Shown piece after piece: positions 28,425 through 37,723 of a stretch of 64,000 nucleotides of DNA. Both the position numbers and the translations under genes were made by a program. Under the pieces are notes generated by a model. The model was not told where the DNA came from. It saw only the letters and a list, made by a program, of their open reading frames with translations, and ran no database searches. Numbering within the stretch: position 1 is the first letter of the stretch; the number at the start of each line of letters is the position of its first letter. This DNA is from an uncultured Poribacteria bacterium (GTDB taxonomy: Bacteria; Poribacteria; WGA-4E; WGA-3G): NCBI GenBank assembly GCA_951813565.1, contig OX638351.1, forward strand, positions 2,752,001-2,816,000. Direction: 5' to 3'.

Positions 28425-29198
28425 TCATGATCGTATCATCTCTCGAAACCTTTGTGTAAATTCACAACTACGTTTGATGCTCGCCACATCTTCCATCTTA
28501 TATTGGACAACAAGCGGACCCGAGAAATTGATCTCTTTCAAACCTTTCGCAAAGGTCTCAAAATCGAAGACACCGCCTCCCGGCTCACCACGATTGCTCC
28601 CTGATACATGCACATCTCCTAAACACGTCTCCATCGCAAGTGCTGCAGCGTGCGGATCCGCGCCATCGTTGTTAAGATGATAGGTATCGCACGTCAAATA
28701 AACAGGTAATCCTGTGTCTGATATGAACTCTACACCTTCGCGATAGTTATCCAGTGGGCATCCCTTCTCAAACTCAAGAGCGATTTTTATGTCGTGTTCC
28801 TGACAAGCAGGTATCATCTGAGACAGGTTATCGGCAAGTGCATCCAGAGAATCTTGGCGCGGGACATCCGCCGATGGGTTTACCCACACCCCAATAAAGT
28901 CAGCATCAAATTGGCGTGCAACTTCAAGCACAATTTCAAAGTGTTGTAACGCCTCATCTTTTCGGGCGGGGGTTGTCAATATGTGATTGCCGAAACCAAT
29001 TGTTGGTGCAACGAGGTTGTGCTGGTCAGCAAGGTCAACTACATCCTCTATTTCCGCAGTTGAAAGTTCACCAAGAAAAGCGGAATTCACGGGAATGTTG
29101 ATGCCTTCGTAACCTGCTTCGGCGACAAGGTCAAAAATCTCAGCACGGGTAAATTTTCCTAATGTGCCAGCGTACGGATCGTAACAGATTGTTAACAT
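28425..29198 (-). CDS. Sugar phosphate isomerase/epimerase (TIM barrel)
   Basis: GYEGI, ALEFE, DTYH, VHVSGSNR.EPG.G. Confidence 0.85.
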   Translation of the reverse strand: MLTICYDPYAGTLGKFTRAEIFDLVAEAGYEGINIPVNSAFLGELSTAEIEDVVDLADQHNLVAPTIGFGNHILTTPARKDEALQHFEIVLEVARQFDADFIGVWVNPSADVPRQDSLDALADNLSQMIPACQEHDIKIALEFEKGCPLDNYREGVEFISDTGLPVYLTCDTYHLNNDGADPHAAALAMETCLGDVHVSGSNRGEPGGGVFDFETFAKGLKEINFSGPLVVQYKMEDVASIKRSCEFTQRFREMIRS

Positions 29199-29266
29199 GT
29201 TCTTTTTGTCCTCTTTGATTCATAGGGCATTTCATAATATGAAACCGAACGTTATCAATGTAAGAA

Positions 29267-29292
29267 GCGCAATGAATTGCGCGACTACAAAC
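29267..29292. repeat. REP-like palindrome GCGCAATGAATTGCGC(GACTACAAAC); further copies at 45996-46011, 51130-51155, 62154-62179
   Basis: Identical 16-nt core in four intergenic regions. Confidence 0.85.
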
Positions 29293-29346
29293 GCTGATAG
29301 TCTAAAGTAAAATGTATAGGTATTATTAGATTTCAGGAAAATAACG

Positions 29347-30387
29347 TCAATAAACAACGTCTATTTCTTCGCGCCAGGTGTCTAATAGCTGCATGTTGCC
29401 CAATGTATCATCCCAAGACATTGCAGGGGCTTGCCGATCAGCGATATGGTTTGCCACCATATCTGCTTCGTAGGTAAAGAGATCACGGTCCGCTTCAACG
29501 GTTATCTCGGATGATTCTCCGCGCTGATACGAGTTGAGGACAATTTGGCTTGGAGGAATAGGCGTATCAGGCGGTATAGGCGTTCTGGTGCCACGACATG
29601 GTGATGAGGGCAGCCAAGGGCTTGGAATCGTTATAATTCCACCAGACCCATAGATAGTGACACTACTTCCGATGTTACACTCAACAGCACACGTTATCTG
29701 TGCAACGATTTCGTTTTCAAATTTGAGTGTTGCCGCCGCAATATGGTCAACACCTGTTGGTCCCACTTTTCCGTTCGCCTTCACAGAAATCGGATCTAAG
29801 AAAAGTTTGCCGGCAGCAGCGCCTGCCACTTTGCGTGCCATTGAGGCAGTATAACACCCGATATCAAGGATACCGCCGCCACCCATTTCTCGATTGAAAA
29901 GTCGACTTTGCGGATTGAAATTTGATTGAAAACCGAATGTTGCTTGAATGAAGCGCACCTCACCGATTTCCCCATCCTGAATTAAATCAACCATTTTCTG
30001 TATCTGCGGATGGCAACGGTACATAAACGCTTCCATCAGAAAGACATCGTTTTTACGCGCTGCTTCAACCATTGCTGCAGCTTCCGCGTGATTCATGCTT
30101 ATCGGTTTCTCACACAGAATATGTTTCTTTGCTTCAGCAGCCTTAATTACCCACTCAGCGTGAAATGGATGAATTGTTGCAATATAAACTGCGTCAATAT
30201 CATCGTCTGCCAAAAGTTCTTCATAAGCGCTGTATTGGCGTGGAATTTCAAAATCGTTAACAAATCTCTCCGCTTTTGACTCAGTTCGGCTTGCAACGGC
30301 AAAAATCTGTCCAGTATCTGTAAAACGCATTCCGTTGCAAAATACATAGGCGATGCCACCAGCACCGATAACTCCCCAATTTAACAT
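29347..30387 (-). CDS. Gfo/Idh/MocA oxidoreductase
   Basis: WGVIGAGGIA, LCEKP, EAFMYRCHP, GGG.LDIGCY. Confidence 0.93.
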   Translation of the reverse strand: MLNWGVIGAGGIAYVFCNGMRFTDTGQIFAVASRTESKAERFVNDFEIPRQYSAYEELLADDDIDAVYIATIHPFHAEWVIKAAEAKKHILCEKPISMNHAEAAAMVEAARKNDVFLMEAFMYRCHPQIQKMVDLIQDGEIGEVRFIQATFGFQSNFNPQSRLFNREMGGGGILDIGCYTASMARKVAGAAAGKLFLDPISVKANGKVGPTGVDHIAAATLKFENEIVAQITCAVECNIGSSVTIYGSGGIITIPSPWLPSSPCRGTRTPIPPDTPIPPSQIVLNSYQRGESSEITVEADRDLFTYEADMVANHIADRQAPAMSWDDTLGNMQLLDTWREEIDVVY

Positions 30388-30403
30388 CTATTGTTTTCTC
30401 CTT

Positions 30404-31609
30404 CTAACTATTTTGTGCTTTTGCTGCTTCTGCACGCTTGTTCGCAAGCGGATGCATGATCCCTGCCCCTGTTGGCCAAACTCCTGGATCTGCTTTAATC
30501 CACTTGCACAGTTTTTGTGTATAAGGTGTTAAAGTTTCCCAGATTTCATGTGGCATACTTTTGGTAAAACCTTGCGGTGTTCGCCACGGCGCTGCATACT
30601 CAACATTTGGCAATGCCCGAATTTCTTTGGACAGATTCGGTGTTGCACCGTGCCACGCCCGATTATCTCGAAAAACACCTGAACCAGCAGTAGCGCCGAC
30701 AAGCGTTGAGTGGCGCATCCATTCTGGTTCATCGGTAGATGATGGTGGTGATTGCTGTAACGCATGTGTACCTGGTATCTGTCGAATTGGACCATTTTCC
30801 CAAGTTAGATCACACATTAAAAAGTTTATTGTCACCATAGGTGGAGTCATCTCCACAATCAGTCTTTGTGTAGCAACACTGAGATTACCAGAATCATCTT
30901 TTTCAAGTTCAACACCAACGCGTTTTGCTTGCTCAATTCGCTCTTCAAATAATTGTTGTGAATCACGTATATCAGAGTGTAGATGTTGATATTCAATCGC
31001 ACCGGGAAGGCAGAGATCACCGCCTGATCCCCACACTCTATATTCTGAAGTGCCAAATATTTCTGTAATAAGCGGAGTTGTTGTTGGTAGGTCCAACATA
31101 CTTGCCCAAACGGGATGGTGTAGCATCTGTCTTGAAGCAGATGAAGTGCCGTAACTATATCTGTGAGGCAAACGTCCAGTTTCATTGGCATATTTTCTAT
31201 TTCCTTGTCCGGGAATAGAAAGGATTTCTCGTAGTGCCTCGGCACACCCTTCTCGCCAACGAGCGAGCTGTTCTGCATTGAGCAGGTCTTTGACCACAAC
31301 AAAACCGTCACGACGAAATATCCGAGCAGCTTTTTTCACTTCAGTCGGTTCACATATCTCAAGCCCACGAATCCCGTTATGTTGACGTAAACGTGCTCTG
31401 AGTGCTTCTACCTCCGGATCATCATAAACTCGACGACTGGGAGAATTCGGATCTGATACACCAAACCCACGATTTTCTGGTAAAAGATTGCCATCAGCAT
31501 CCACGGTTTCATTGGGAGGCGTATTTTCGTCCCAACCCACCCGCGTTTCACCGTAGACCTGCATCTCTTCCAATTCTGATTGCAGAGGCGTTCTATTGGT
31601 GTCTCTCAT
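30404..31609 (-). CDS. Phytanoyl-CoA dioxygenase (PhyH)-family 2OG-Fe(II) oxygenase
   Basis: F.RDGFVV, QHLHSD, ENGP...IPGTH, AWHG. Confidence 0.85.
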   Translation of the reverse strand: MRDTNRTPLQSELEEMQVYGETRVGWDENTPPNETVDADGNLLPENRGFGVSDPNSPSRRVYDDPEVEALRARLRQHNGIRGLEICEPTEVKKAARIFRRDGFVVVKDLLNAEQLARWREGCAEALREILSIPGQGNRKYANETGRLPHRYSYGTSSASRQMLHHPVWASMLDLPTTTPLITEIFGTSEYRVWGSGGDLCLPGAIEYQHLHSDIRDSQQLFEERIEQAKRVGVELEKDDSGNLSVATQRLIVEMTPPMVTINFLMCDLTWENGPIRQIPGTHALQQSPPSSTDEPEWMRHSTLVGATAGSGVFRDNRAWHGATPNLSKEIRALPNVEYAAPWRTPQGFTKSMPHEIWETLTPYTQKLCKWIKADPGVWPTGAGIMHPLANKRAEAAKAQNS

Positions 31610-31745
31610 TACATATAACTCCTCAACTACTACCTAATGTGGTGGTTAAGTGAAAGTCGCGTTGTAGCGGTAATTAACGAGATAGGGTTTCAATTTATCA
31701 TAATCCCCGTTTTTAAGCAACAGTCCGTAATTTAGTCATCCTTTC

Positions 31746-31993
31746 GGGTGTGTAAAGTTTTTGTAGAAATCCGCACAACTCCTATTGTAGGGGCGGGTTT
31801 CCGTGCCTGCCTGTTGCATGGCACGTCCTGCGCAGTGGCGGGGCACCAAATCAAGAAATCAACGGTATGAATAACATTTAGTTATTCACCGGGTATGAAT
31901 GCCTTATGGCATTCCCCGGGACCCCGCCCTACAGTGGAAAACGCCGCGTAATCATTGCAAATTGAACCTATGTAACCAAATATTTACACACCC
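31746..31993. mobile_element. MITE, 248 bp, with 11-bp TIR and 8-bp target-site duplication
   Basis: GGGTGTGTAAA...TTTACACACCC flanked by ATCCTTTC at 31738-31745 and 31994-32001; internal GTAGGGGCGGG/CCCCGCCCTAC. Confidence 0.8.
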
Positions 31994-32008
31994 ATCCTTT
32001 CATTAAAA

Positions 32009-32037
32009 TTGACTTTTTTTTCAAATTAAAGTATAAT
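32009..32037 (+). promoter_or_regulatory. Sigma70 promoter
   Basis: TTGACT-17 nt-TATAAT. Confidence 0.7.
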
Positions 32038-32193
32038 ACATTCCAATATCTTCAAATTCCCAATATATGTTACGTAATGCACCTCACCCCTGTATTTATT
32101 CAGACTAAAACTGAACTTGTCAGAGATAGACTTGCTCAAGAAAATAGAACATGGGCAGTCGTGCGAACATACATAATCTTTCTAAGGAAAAAG

Positions 32194-32438
32194 ATGGCAA
32201 CAATCGTAAAACACAATACAACAGGCAAAATTACTGCTTACTTGGTACAGGTTTTGGTGTTTTTCAGTCTTCAAAACCGAACGTCTTTTTGGGTAATTTA
32301 CTGGCTGATGTAGACGAAGGACAATACGCAATGGTCTGTGTTTGTGATAGCACAGGAAAAATTTTCTGGATAGATGCAGATGATGTCACAGTTGTAAGCG
32401 TTGATGGACAAAATGTCGGAGAACTACCGCTTACATAA
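32194..32438 (+). pseudogene. Small conserved hypothetical gene with -1 frameshift
   Basis: AAGGA RBS; MATIVKHNTTGK / YCLLGTGFG...VCD..GKI.W...VVSVDG; one A apparently missing at 32227-32230. Confidence 0.65.
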
Positions 32439-32514
32439 CTGAATTTCAATTCTTGTCCGATAGGGCGGTTTTATCTCCGAACGATTTTACTCACGAAAGG
32501 AAACTTTTATTCGA

Positions 32515-33093
32515 ATGGATTTACAGCAGATTAATATTAAGGTTTTTACAACCGAAGATAGCAAGGTCAACTACACCAACTTCATCAAGGTTTTCAACCG
32601 CTGGATGGAGGAGGCTGATTCTGAAGATTATCTGAACTATGCTGACTATTCACACGTTGATGCGGGACCGGGTGTGCTATTGATTTTGAAGCAAGCCAAC
32701 TATAGCATTGACAACGCCTATCATCAACCCGGATTTCTCTACAACAGAAAGCATGATGTGGAAGGTGATAACGCTGACAAGATTCGTCAAGCGCTCACTG
32801 AAACGCTTTCTAAATGTGAACTACTTGAAGCATCAGAAGAATTGGAAAATGCTATCCATTTCAACGGTTCAGACATTCTATTTATGATAAACAACCGCCA
32901 CATTGCACCGAATACAGCAGAAGCAGCAGAAATAATTCAAGCAGACCTTGAACCTGTTCTAAAACAGATGTACGGTGGTGATGATTTCACGATAGAACGC
33001 ACCTCTGAGGATGTCCGCGAACGTTTCGCAGTGCGAATCTCTGCGAATTCAGACAAACCGATTTCAGAACTCCTCTCTAATCTCGGAGGATAA
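32515..33093 (+). CDS. Conserved hypothetical protein coupled to moeB
   Basis: 192-aa ORF, ADYSHV..GPGVLL motif; stop 1 nt before moeB ATG. Confidence 0.75.
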   Translation: MDLQQINIKVFTTEDSKVNYTNFIKVFNRWMEEADSEDYLNYADYSHVDAGPGVLLILKQANYSIDNAYHQPGFLYNRKHDVEGDNADKIRQALTETLSKCELLEASEELENAIHFNGSDILFMINNRHIAPNTAEAAEIIQADLEPVLKQMYGGDDFTIERTSEDVRERFAVRISANSDKPISELLSNLGG

Positions 33094-33094
33094 G

Positions 33095-33901
33095 ATGTTT
33101 AACTTTACGAATGAACAGATTGAGCGGTATAGTCGCCACATTATCCTCAAAGAAGTTGGCGGGATAGGACAGACGAAGCTGCTTGAATCAAAAGTGCTGC
33201 TTATCGGGGCAGGCGGACTCGGTTCGCCTATCGGTGTTTATCTTGCCGCGGCAGGGGTTGGCACGCTTGGCATTATTGATGATGACGTGGTTGACCTCAG
33301 CAATTTGCAACGCCAAATCCTACACGGCACCAGTGATATTGGTATCCCGAAAACAAAATCCGCAGAAGCCACTATCGCAGAAATGAACCCAGATGTTAAG
33401 GTAATCCCTCACAACGAACGTATCAATTCAGAAAATGCTTTTGCGATATTGGAACAGTACGATTTGATTGTGGATGGGTGCGATAACTTTCCGACGCGCT
33501 ATCTTCTCAACGACGCGTGTGTCATGCTTGGCAAACCAACTGTGCACGGTAGTATTTTTCAATTTGAAGGACAAACAACCGTGCTTTATCCGGGTAAGGG
33601 CCCGTGCTACCGATGCATCTTTCCTGAACCGCCACCGCAGGGGATGGCACCGAGTTGCCAAGAAGCAGGCGTCTTCGGTGTGTTACCCGGTATTATCGGC
33701 ACAATTCAAGCTATTGAAGCGATTAAAGTTCTTTTAGACATTGGTGAGTCGTTGATCGGAACCCTCCTCCTTTTCAACGCGCTCACAATGGATTTCAAGC
33801 GACTGAAACTCCGTCAAGACGAAAACTGCCCAATGTGTGGTGAGAATCCTACCATTAAAGAACTTATTGACTATGAGGAATTTTGTGAAGTACGGTGGTA
33901 A
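33095..33901 (+). CDS. moeB: Molybdopterin-synthase adenylyltransferase MoeB (ThiF/E1-like)
   Basis: RYSRH, GAGGLGSP, DLSNLQRQ, DNF.TRYL, PCYRC, CPMC; GGAGG RBS. Confidence 0.93.
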   Translation: MFNFTNEQIERYSRHIILKEVGGIGQTKLLESKVLLIGAGGLGSPIGVYLAAAGVGTLGIIDDDVVDLSNLQRQILHGTSDIGIPKTKSAEATIAEMNPDVKVIPHNERINSENAFAILEQYDLIVDGCDNFPTRYLLNDACVMLGKPTVHGSIFQFEGQTTVLYPGKGPCYRCIFPEPPPQGMAPSCQEAGVFGVLPGIIGTIQAIEAIKVLLDIGESLIGTLLLFNALTMDFKRLKLRQDENCPMCGENPTIKELIDYEEFCEVRW

Positions 33902-33942
33902 ATATTAATTTAGAATCTATTTAACTTCAGGGGACTAACGAA

Positions 33943-34110
33943 ATGACAACAGAGATTGCATTTGGTATGCTTCTTGGTGGAATTATTGGAATGCTGATTA
34001 ATATTACGATCATTTTAGGACAGATATCTAAAACGTTAAAGAGTAATGGCGAGAGTTTGTCAAAAATTGCGAAACACTTTGAGCAAACCGACGAGAAAGA
34101 TAAAGATTGA
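33943..34110 (+). CDS. 55-aa single-TM microprotein (absent from ORF track)
   Basis: MTTEIAFGMLLGGIIGMLINITIILGQISKTLKSNGESLSKIAKHFEQTDEKDKD; AGGGG RBS; paralog follows. Confidence 0.6.
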   Translation: MTTEIAFGMLLGGIIGMLINITIILGQISKTLKSNGESLSKIAKHFEQTDEKDKD

Positions 34111-34237
34111 TAAATAGAGATAGCCAATTATTACAATACGATGCTGCCTCTAATTGCCCTCATATTCTCCAAGAACCTGCCAGTTGAAATGTATTCAATT
34201 ATTCAATTAAAGGAAGATAAACCAATATCAAAAACTT

Positions 34238-34378
34238 ATGGATCTGGTTATTTTTGTCTCATCTATTATACTTTCGGCTATTCTCTTAATGATACGCGGA
34301 GAACTAAAGGATATTGCGGAAAGTCTATACAAGATAGCGAAACATCTTGAGCAAATTAATGAGAAAGATGATGGTTGA
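34238..34378 (+). CDS. 46-aa single-TM microprotein, paralog of 33943-34110
   Basis: MDLVIFVSSIILSAILLMIRGELKDIAESLYKIAKHLEQINEKDDG. Confidence 0.55.
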   Translation: MDLVIFVSSIILSAILLMIRGELKDIAESLYKIAKHLEQINEKDDG

Positions 34379-34411
34379 TGAACAAGTGCCGATAAGTGGT
34401 GTTCAGATATT

Positions 34412-34843
34412 TCAGATTTCACTATGATAAAGTTCTGTCATCCATTCGCCATCATGTGCAGGATTATAGATTAACCCCTTCTTCATGTCAAGGCAGAGGT
34501 CAAGGTCTTCTAACAGTATATGTCCAATGAGAACAGGTGTGCCTTCAGGGACGCCCAGGACGGTGGTGATTCCTTCACGTTCCAATATTGTAAATTGCAC
34601 GGGTGAATAGATCCATAACTCTGTAATACCGTTGACAGTTCGTACCTGCTCACTTCGAAATGGCGTTAATCCGAGTTGCTCAATAAGGGATGGCGGCAAA
34701 CCGAGACGTGTTGCTCCAGTATCAACGAGTGCATCTTCAATAGTAATTCGCCGCACTTCTTCAGGGGTCATATAGCCTGCTCTTGCTAAAGTGAGTTCAT
34801 CGTTATTTGCGAGTTCTATTTTTGCTGTATGTCTCATTTTCAA
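34412..34843 (-). CDS. Clan AA (retropepsin-like) aspartic protease
   Basis: ALVDTGA catalytic motif, LIG..LLE.LDL. Confidence 0.85.
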   Translation of the reverse strand: MKMRHTAKIELANNDELTLARAGYMTPEEVRRITIEDALVDTGATRLGLPPSLIEQLGLTPFRSEQVRTVNGITELWIYSPVQFTILEREGITTVLGVPEGTPVLIGHILLEDLDLCLDMKKGLIYNPAHDGEWMTELYHSEI

Positions 34844-35015
34844 TACACCTTGTTTTTTGATACTATTTTAACACCTTTTCCTAAGTGTTTCAAACAAAAG
34901 GCATCGGCACAATAGTCATCAGTAAGAATAACTTGTGGACGTTACGTCCCTTTTGCATCCCGAAAGCACTATGACTGCTATTTGCTAACGAAAAACCGAT
35001 TACCAAAAACGTATA

Positions 35016-35155
35016 ATACCAAATTCATTTGATTCATCGTCTTCACATACTGCTCCGCTGGAGCGGAAGACGGAAAACTCCACGTGGACTATAAACATAC
35101 CGCTCCGCTGGAGCGGAAGAGTGGAAAAACAAGACGAATTACGTTAATTTGGTAT
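35016..35155. mobile_element. Small MITE-like element carrying two GCTCCGCTGGAGC palindromes
   Basis: ATACCAAATT (35016-25)/AATTTGGTAT (35146-55) inverted ends; two internal gctccgctggagcggaaga copies. Confidence 0.55.
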
Positions 35156-35165
35156 AAAATCTCTA

Positions 35166-35927
35166 TTATGCCAAAACTTCCCGCCGGATTGGTGAATCGA
35201 TAAACAACGAATCGCCACCATCAATCGTCAATTCCAATCCTGTAACCCATGCCGCTTCGTCCGAGCATAGCCACAGCGCAGCGAACGCCACATCAATCGG
35301 GTTGCCTAATCTCTCTAATTGTGTTGCAACAGGTGCGATTTCTCCTTCTGGCAATGGATCCCAGATAATCCCCGGACATAACGCATGGACACGGATGTTT
35401 TTATCGTATAATTCTTTGGCAAGGTTTTTTGCTGTCGCCACCATTCCTGCTTTTGCAGCAGCGTAAGCGGCGTTAGCATCTTGGCGGACTCTTGCACCAG
35501 CGGAAATAGTGATGATACATCCGCCGCCTCTTTTCTCTAAAATTGGCACGAGACTACGGACAGGGTTAAAGAGTGTTCGCAAGTTGTTTTGCAACGCACC
35601 ATCCCAATACTCAGGATCCATGGTGGTAATATCGTGTTCAGTTGAGAAAAATCCACCCGCAGCGTGAATAAAGCAATCAACACCACCAAATTCGGAAACT
35701 GCAGCATCAATAAGAACCTCCACTTGTGCAGCATCCGTCAAATCGGTTTGATGTGTTAGCACGTTTCCACCGTTCGCGCGGATACGTTCTGCTGTATCTT
35801 CCATCTTTTCTGTTGTGCGTGCGGCGAGAGTCACTTGCGCGCCTTCTTGTGCAAAAAGCAGCGCTGTTGCTCGACTCATGTTTGAGCCTGCACCACCGAT
35901 TAGGACAACTTTATCTTTCAATCGCAT
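35166..35927 (-). CDS. SDR-family oxidoreductase
   Basis: AYAAAKAG (YxxxK), NIRV.A.CPG, DGG; AAGGAG RBS. Confidence 0.9.
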   Translation of the reverse strand: MRLKDKVVLIGGAGSNMSRATALLFAQEGAQVTLAARTTEKMEDTAERIRANGGNVLTHQTDLTDAAQVEVLIDAAVSEFGGVDCFIHAAGGFFSTEHDITTMDPEYWDGALQNNLRTLFNPVRSLVPILEKRGGGCIITISAGARVRQDANAAYAAAKAGMVATAKNLAKELYDKNIRVHALCPGIIWDPLPEGEIAPVATQLERLGNPIDVAFAALWLCSDEAAWVTGLELTIDGGDSLFIDSPIRREVLA

Positions 35928-36031
35928 TTTAATTCTCCTTTGCAATAATTTATGTTAAGAGCATACTTTCAAAACGCGCTTACATAGTATCGTCTTCCCT
36001 CATCACAATAGCCTATTACAGATATGCGTAA

Positions 36032-36301
36032 GTTGGGTTTCGCTTCGCTCTACCCATAGGCGTCAATTTAAGGATATATCCTCTTGTGGGAGGGGTTTTC
36101 AACCCCGATTTTCTGCTTGAATCTCGTTCAATCGGGCGGACAAGGTCTCCCTCCCACAATGTCTGAGTATTCTATCGGGCTTAGAAAGCCTTCCCACAAT
36201 GTCCGAGTATTCTATCGGGCTTAAAAAGCCCTCCCACAAGAAAAAATCCAGCATTTTTTTCTTAAGTTTACACCTATGGGTAGAGCGAAGCGAAACCCAA
36301 C
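36032..36301. mobile_element. 270-bp composite palindromic element with 41-bp terminal inverted repeats and internal 40-nt tandem repeats
   Basis: 36032-36072 vs 36261-36301 (first 29 nt perfect, 38/41 overall); tandem units at 36152-36191 and 36192-36231. Confidence 0.8.
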
Positions 36302-36362
36302 AATCCTGAAAATCCTATAACCTTGTAAATCATGGTTCAGACAATAAAAGCGTTTACCAGCA

Positions 36363-37700
36363 TTACACTTTTTCACTACAATAATCTATCGCATCCTTCA
36401 TGTGTTTTAACGCAGCATGAATCTGCGGGAGTTCCTCAAACCCATAAGAGATACGAAACTGCCGTTTACCGATGTCAATCATCTCCCCACTCGGATGGAC
36501 GCAGTGTTCACCGGGAATGTAAATCACTTTGGGATGCGGATTATGTGAAGGTCCATCTATGTCTTTCTGTCCTGTTGTTCGCGTCAAAAACTTGAAGAAA
36601 TCAGAGTTTGAATCGGTTGCGATGTTTGCAAGTGTCAGGTAATAATAGAACCCCGCACTCCCACCTCTGCATCCTTCAACATTATCGCCAAGCAATTCTA
36701 CTATCCACGTTTTGACCTGTTTTGCCTTCTCCCTATATCCGTTATTGACTTTCTCAATTTGTGCTTCAATACCGTTGTCAAGTAGATAACTTGCAATTTC
36801 CTGATTGATAAGCGGTGCGCTGAAACCGATGTCGCTTGTGCGTTGGATGATACTGTCAAGGAATGTTCCCTTTGGACCGATCAGGTAGCCGATACGCAAT
36901 CCAGGGGCAAGTATCTTTGATAGCGTGCCAATCTCATGTACAATACCGAGTTGATCGTAGCATAACGCAGACTCCAAAGGTTCAACGGTACTATCATGCA
37001 CAAGGTCGCGGTAGGCATTGTCAAAAAAGAGCGGGATTTTTCGTCCGATTTCGTACGAAAGTTCGGTTACAATCTCAACCAGTTCCCTTTTTTGACGATT
37101 AGAGAGGATAGTGCAACTTGGATTGTTAACCGTCACAACATAGAAAAACTGAATAGCCGCTTTTCCACTTCCCAACGCCTTTAATTTTGCCCTCAAAAGA
37201 TCGGTTTCAAGTCCGTGATTGTCCTCTGGTATAGCGATAACAGTGAAGCCTTTCCTTTCGAGATCGTTGCAATAGATATAATACATCGGATCGGCAGTGA
37301 AAACAATGCCAGCAGGGAGCAGATGCGTGATACTTTCCAACAGACTGGTCGCACCGTTTGCACCGATAACAATATCTTTTGTATTAAAGGTGTTTTTCGT
37401 TATGCCGCCGATTCGGTTGTGAATATGGAATTTTCTGATTGACTCAATCAGGTTTGGAGAGCCTTGTGCACCACCATAATTGAGAGAAGCACGGTATTTT
37501 TCAGGATTTGAGAGAACTGCTTCGCAAGCATTCTGAATTTCTTGACGTGGGATTGTGTTTTCGTTGACATATCCCACGCCGAGGTTAATATCGTATCCAT
37601 CCCGAAAACCGATAGCGAAATCGGTCATCATTCGGTTCACTGGAGATGGAATACTTGAGGCTTTTCCGTATTCAGAAAGCAAAATATCGCGAATTTTCAT
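36363..37700 (-). CDS. PLP-dependent aminotransferase, class I/II
   Basis: NNPS, DNAY, GTLSKILAPGLRIG, RISYG. Confidence 0.9.
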   Translation of the reverse strand: MKIRDILLSEYGKASSIPSPVNRMMTDFAIGFRDGYDINLGVGYVNENTIPRQEIQNACEAVLSNPEKYRASLNYGGAQGSPNLIESIRKFHIHNRIGGITKNTFNTKDIVIGANGATSLLESITHLLPAGIVFTADPMYYIYCNDLERKGFTVIAIPEDNHGLETDLLRAKLKALGSGKAAIQFFYVVTVNNPSCTILSNRQKRELVEIVTELSYEIGRKIPLFFDNAYRDLVHDSTVEPLESALCYDQLGIVHEIGTLSKILAPGLRIGYLIGPKGTFLDSIIQRTSDIGFSAPLINQEIASYLLDNGIEAQIEKVNNGYREKAKQVKTWIVELLGDNVEGCRGGSAGFYYYLTLANIATDSNSDFFKFLTRTTGQKDIDGPSHNPHPKVIYIPGEHCVHPSGEMIDIGKRQFRISYGFEELPQIHAALKHMKDAIDYCSEKV

Positions 37701-37723
37701 TTCTTGTCGTTGAAATCCGCCTT

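Noticed and set aside
36131..36239. 40-nt tandem units as a mini-CRISPR array
   Set aside because: The intervening sequences are near-identical rather than unique spacers, the units belong to a dispersed REP-like family, and there are no cas genes.
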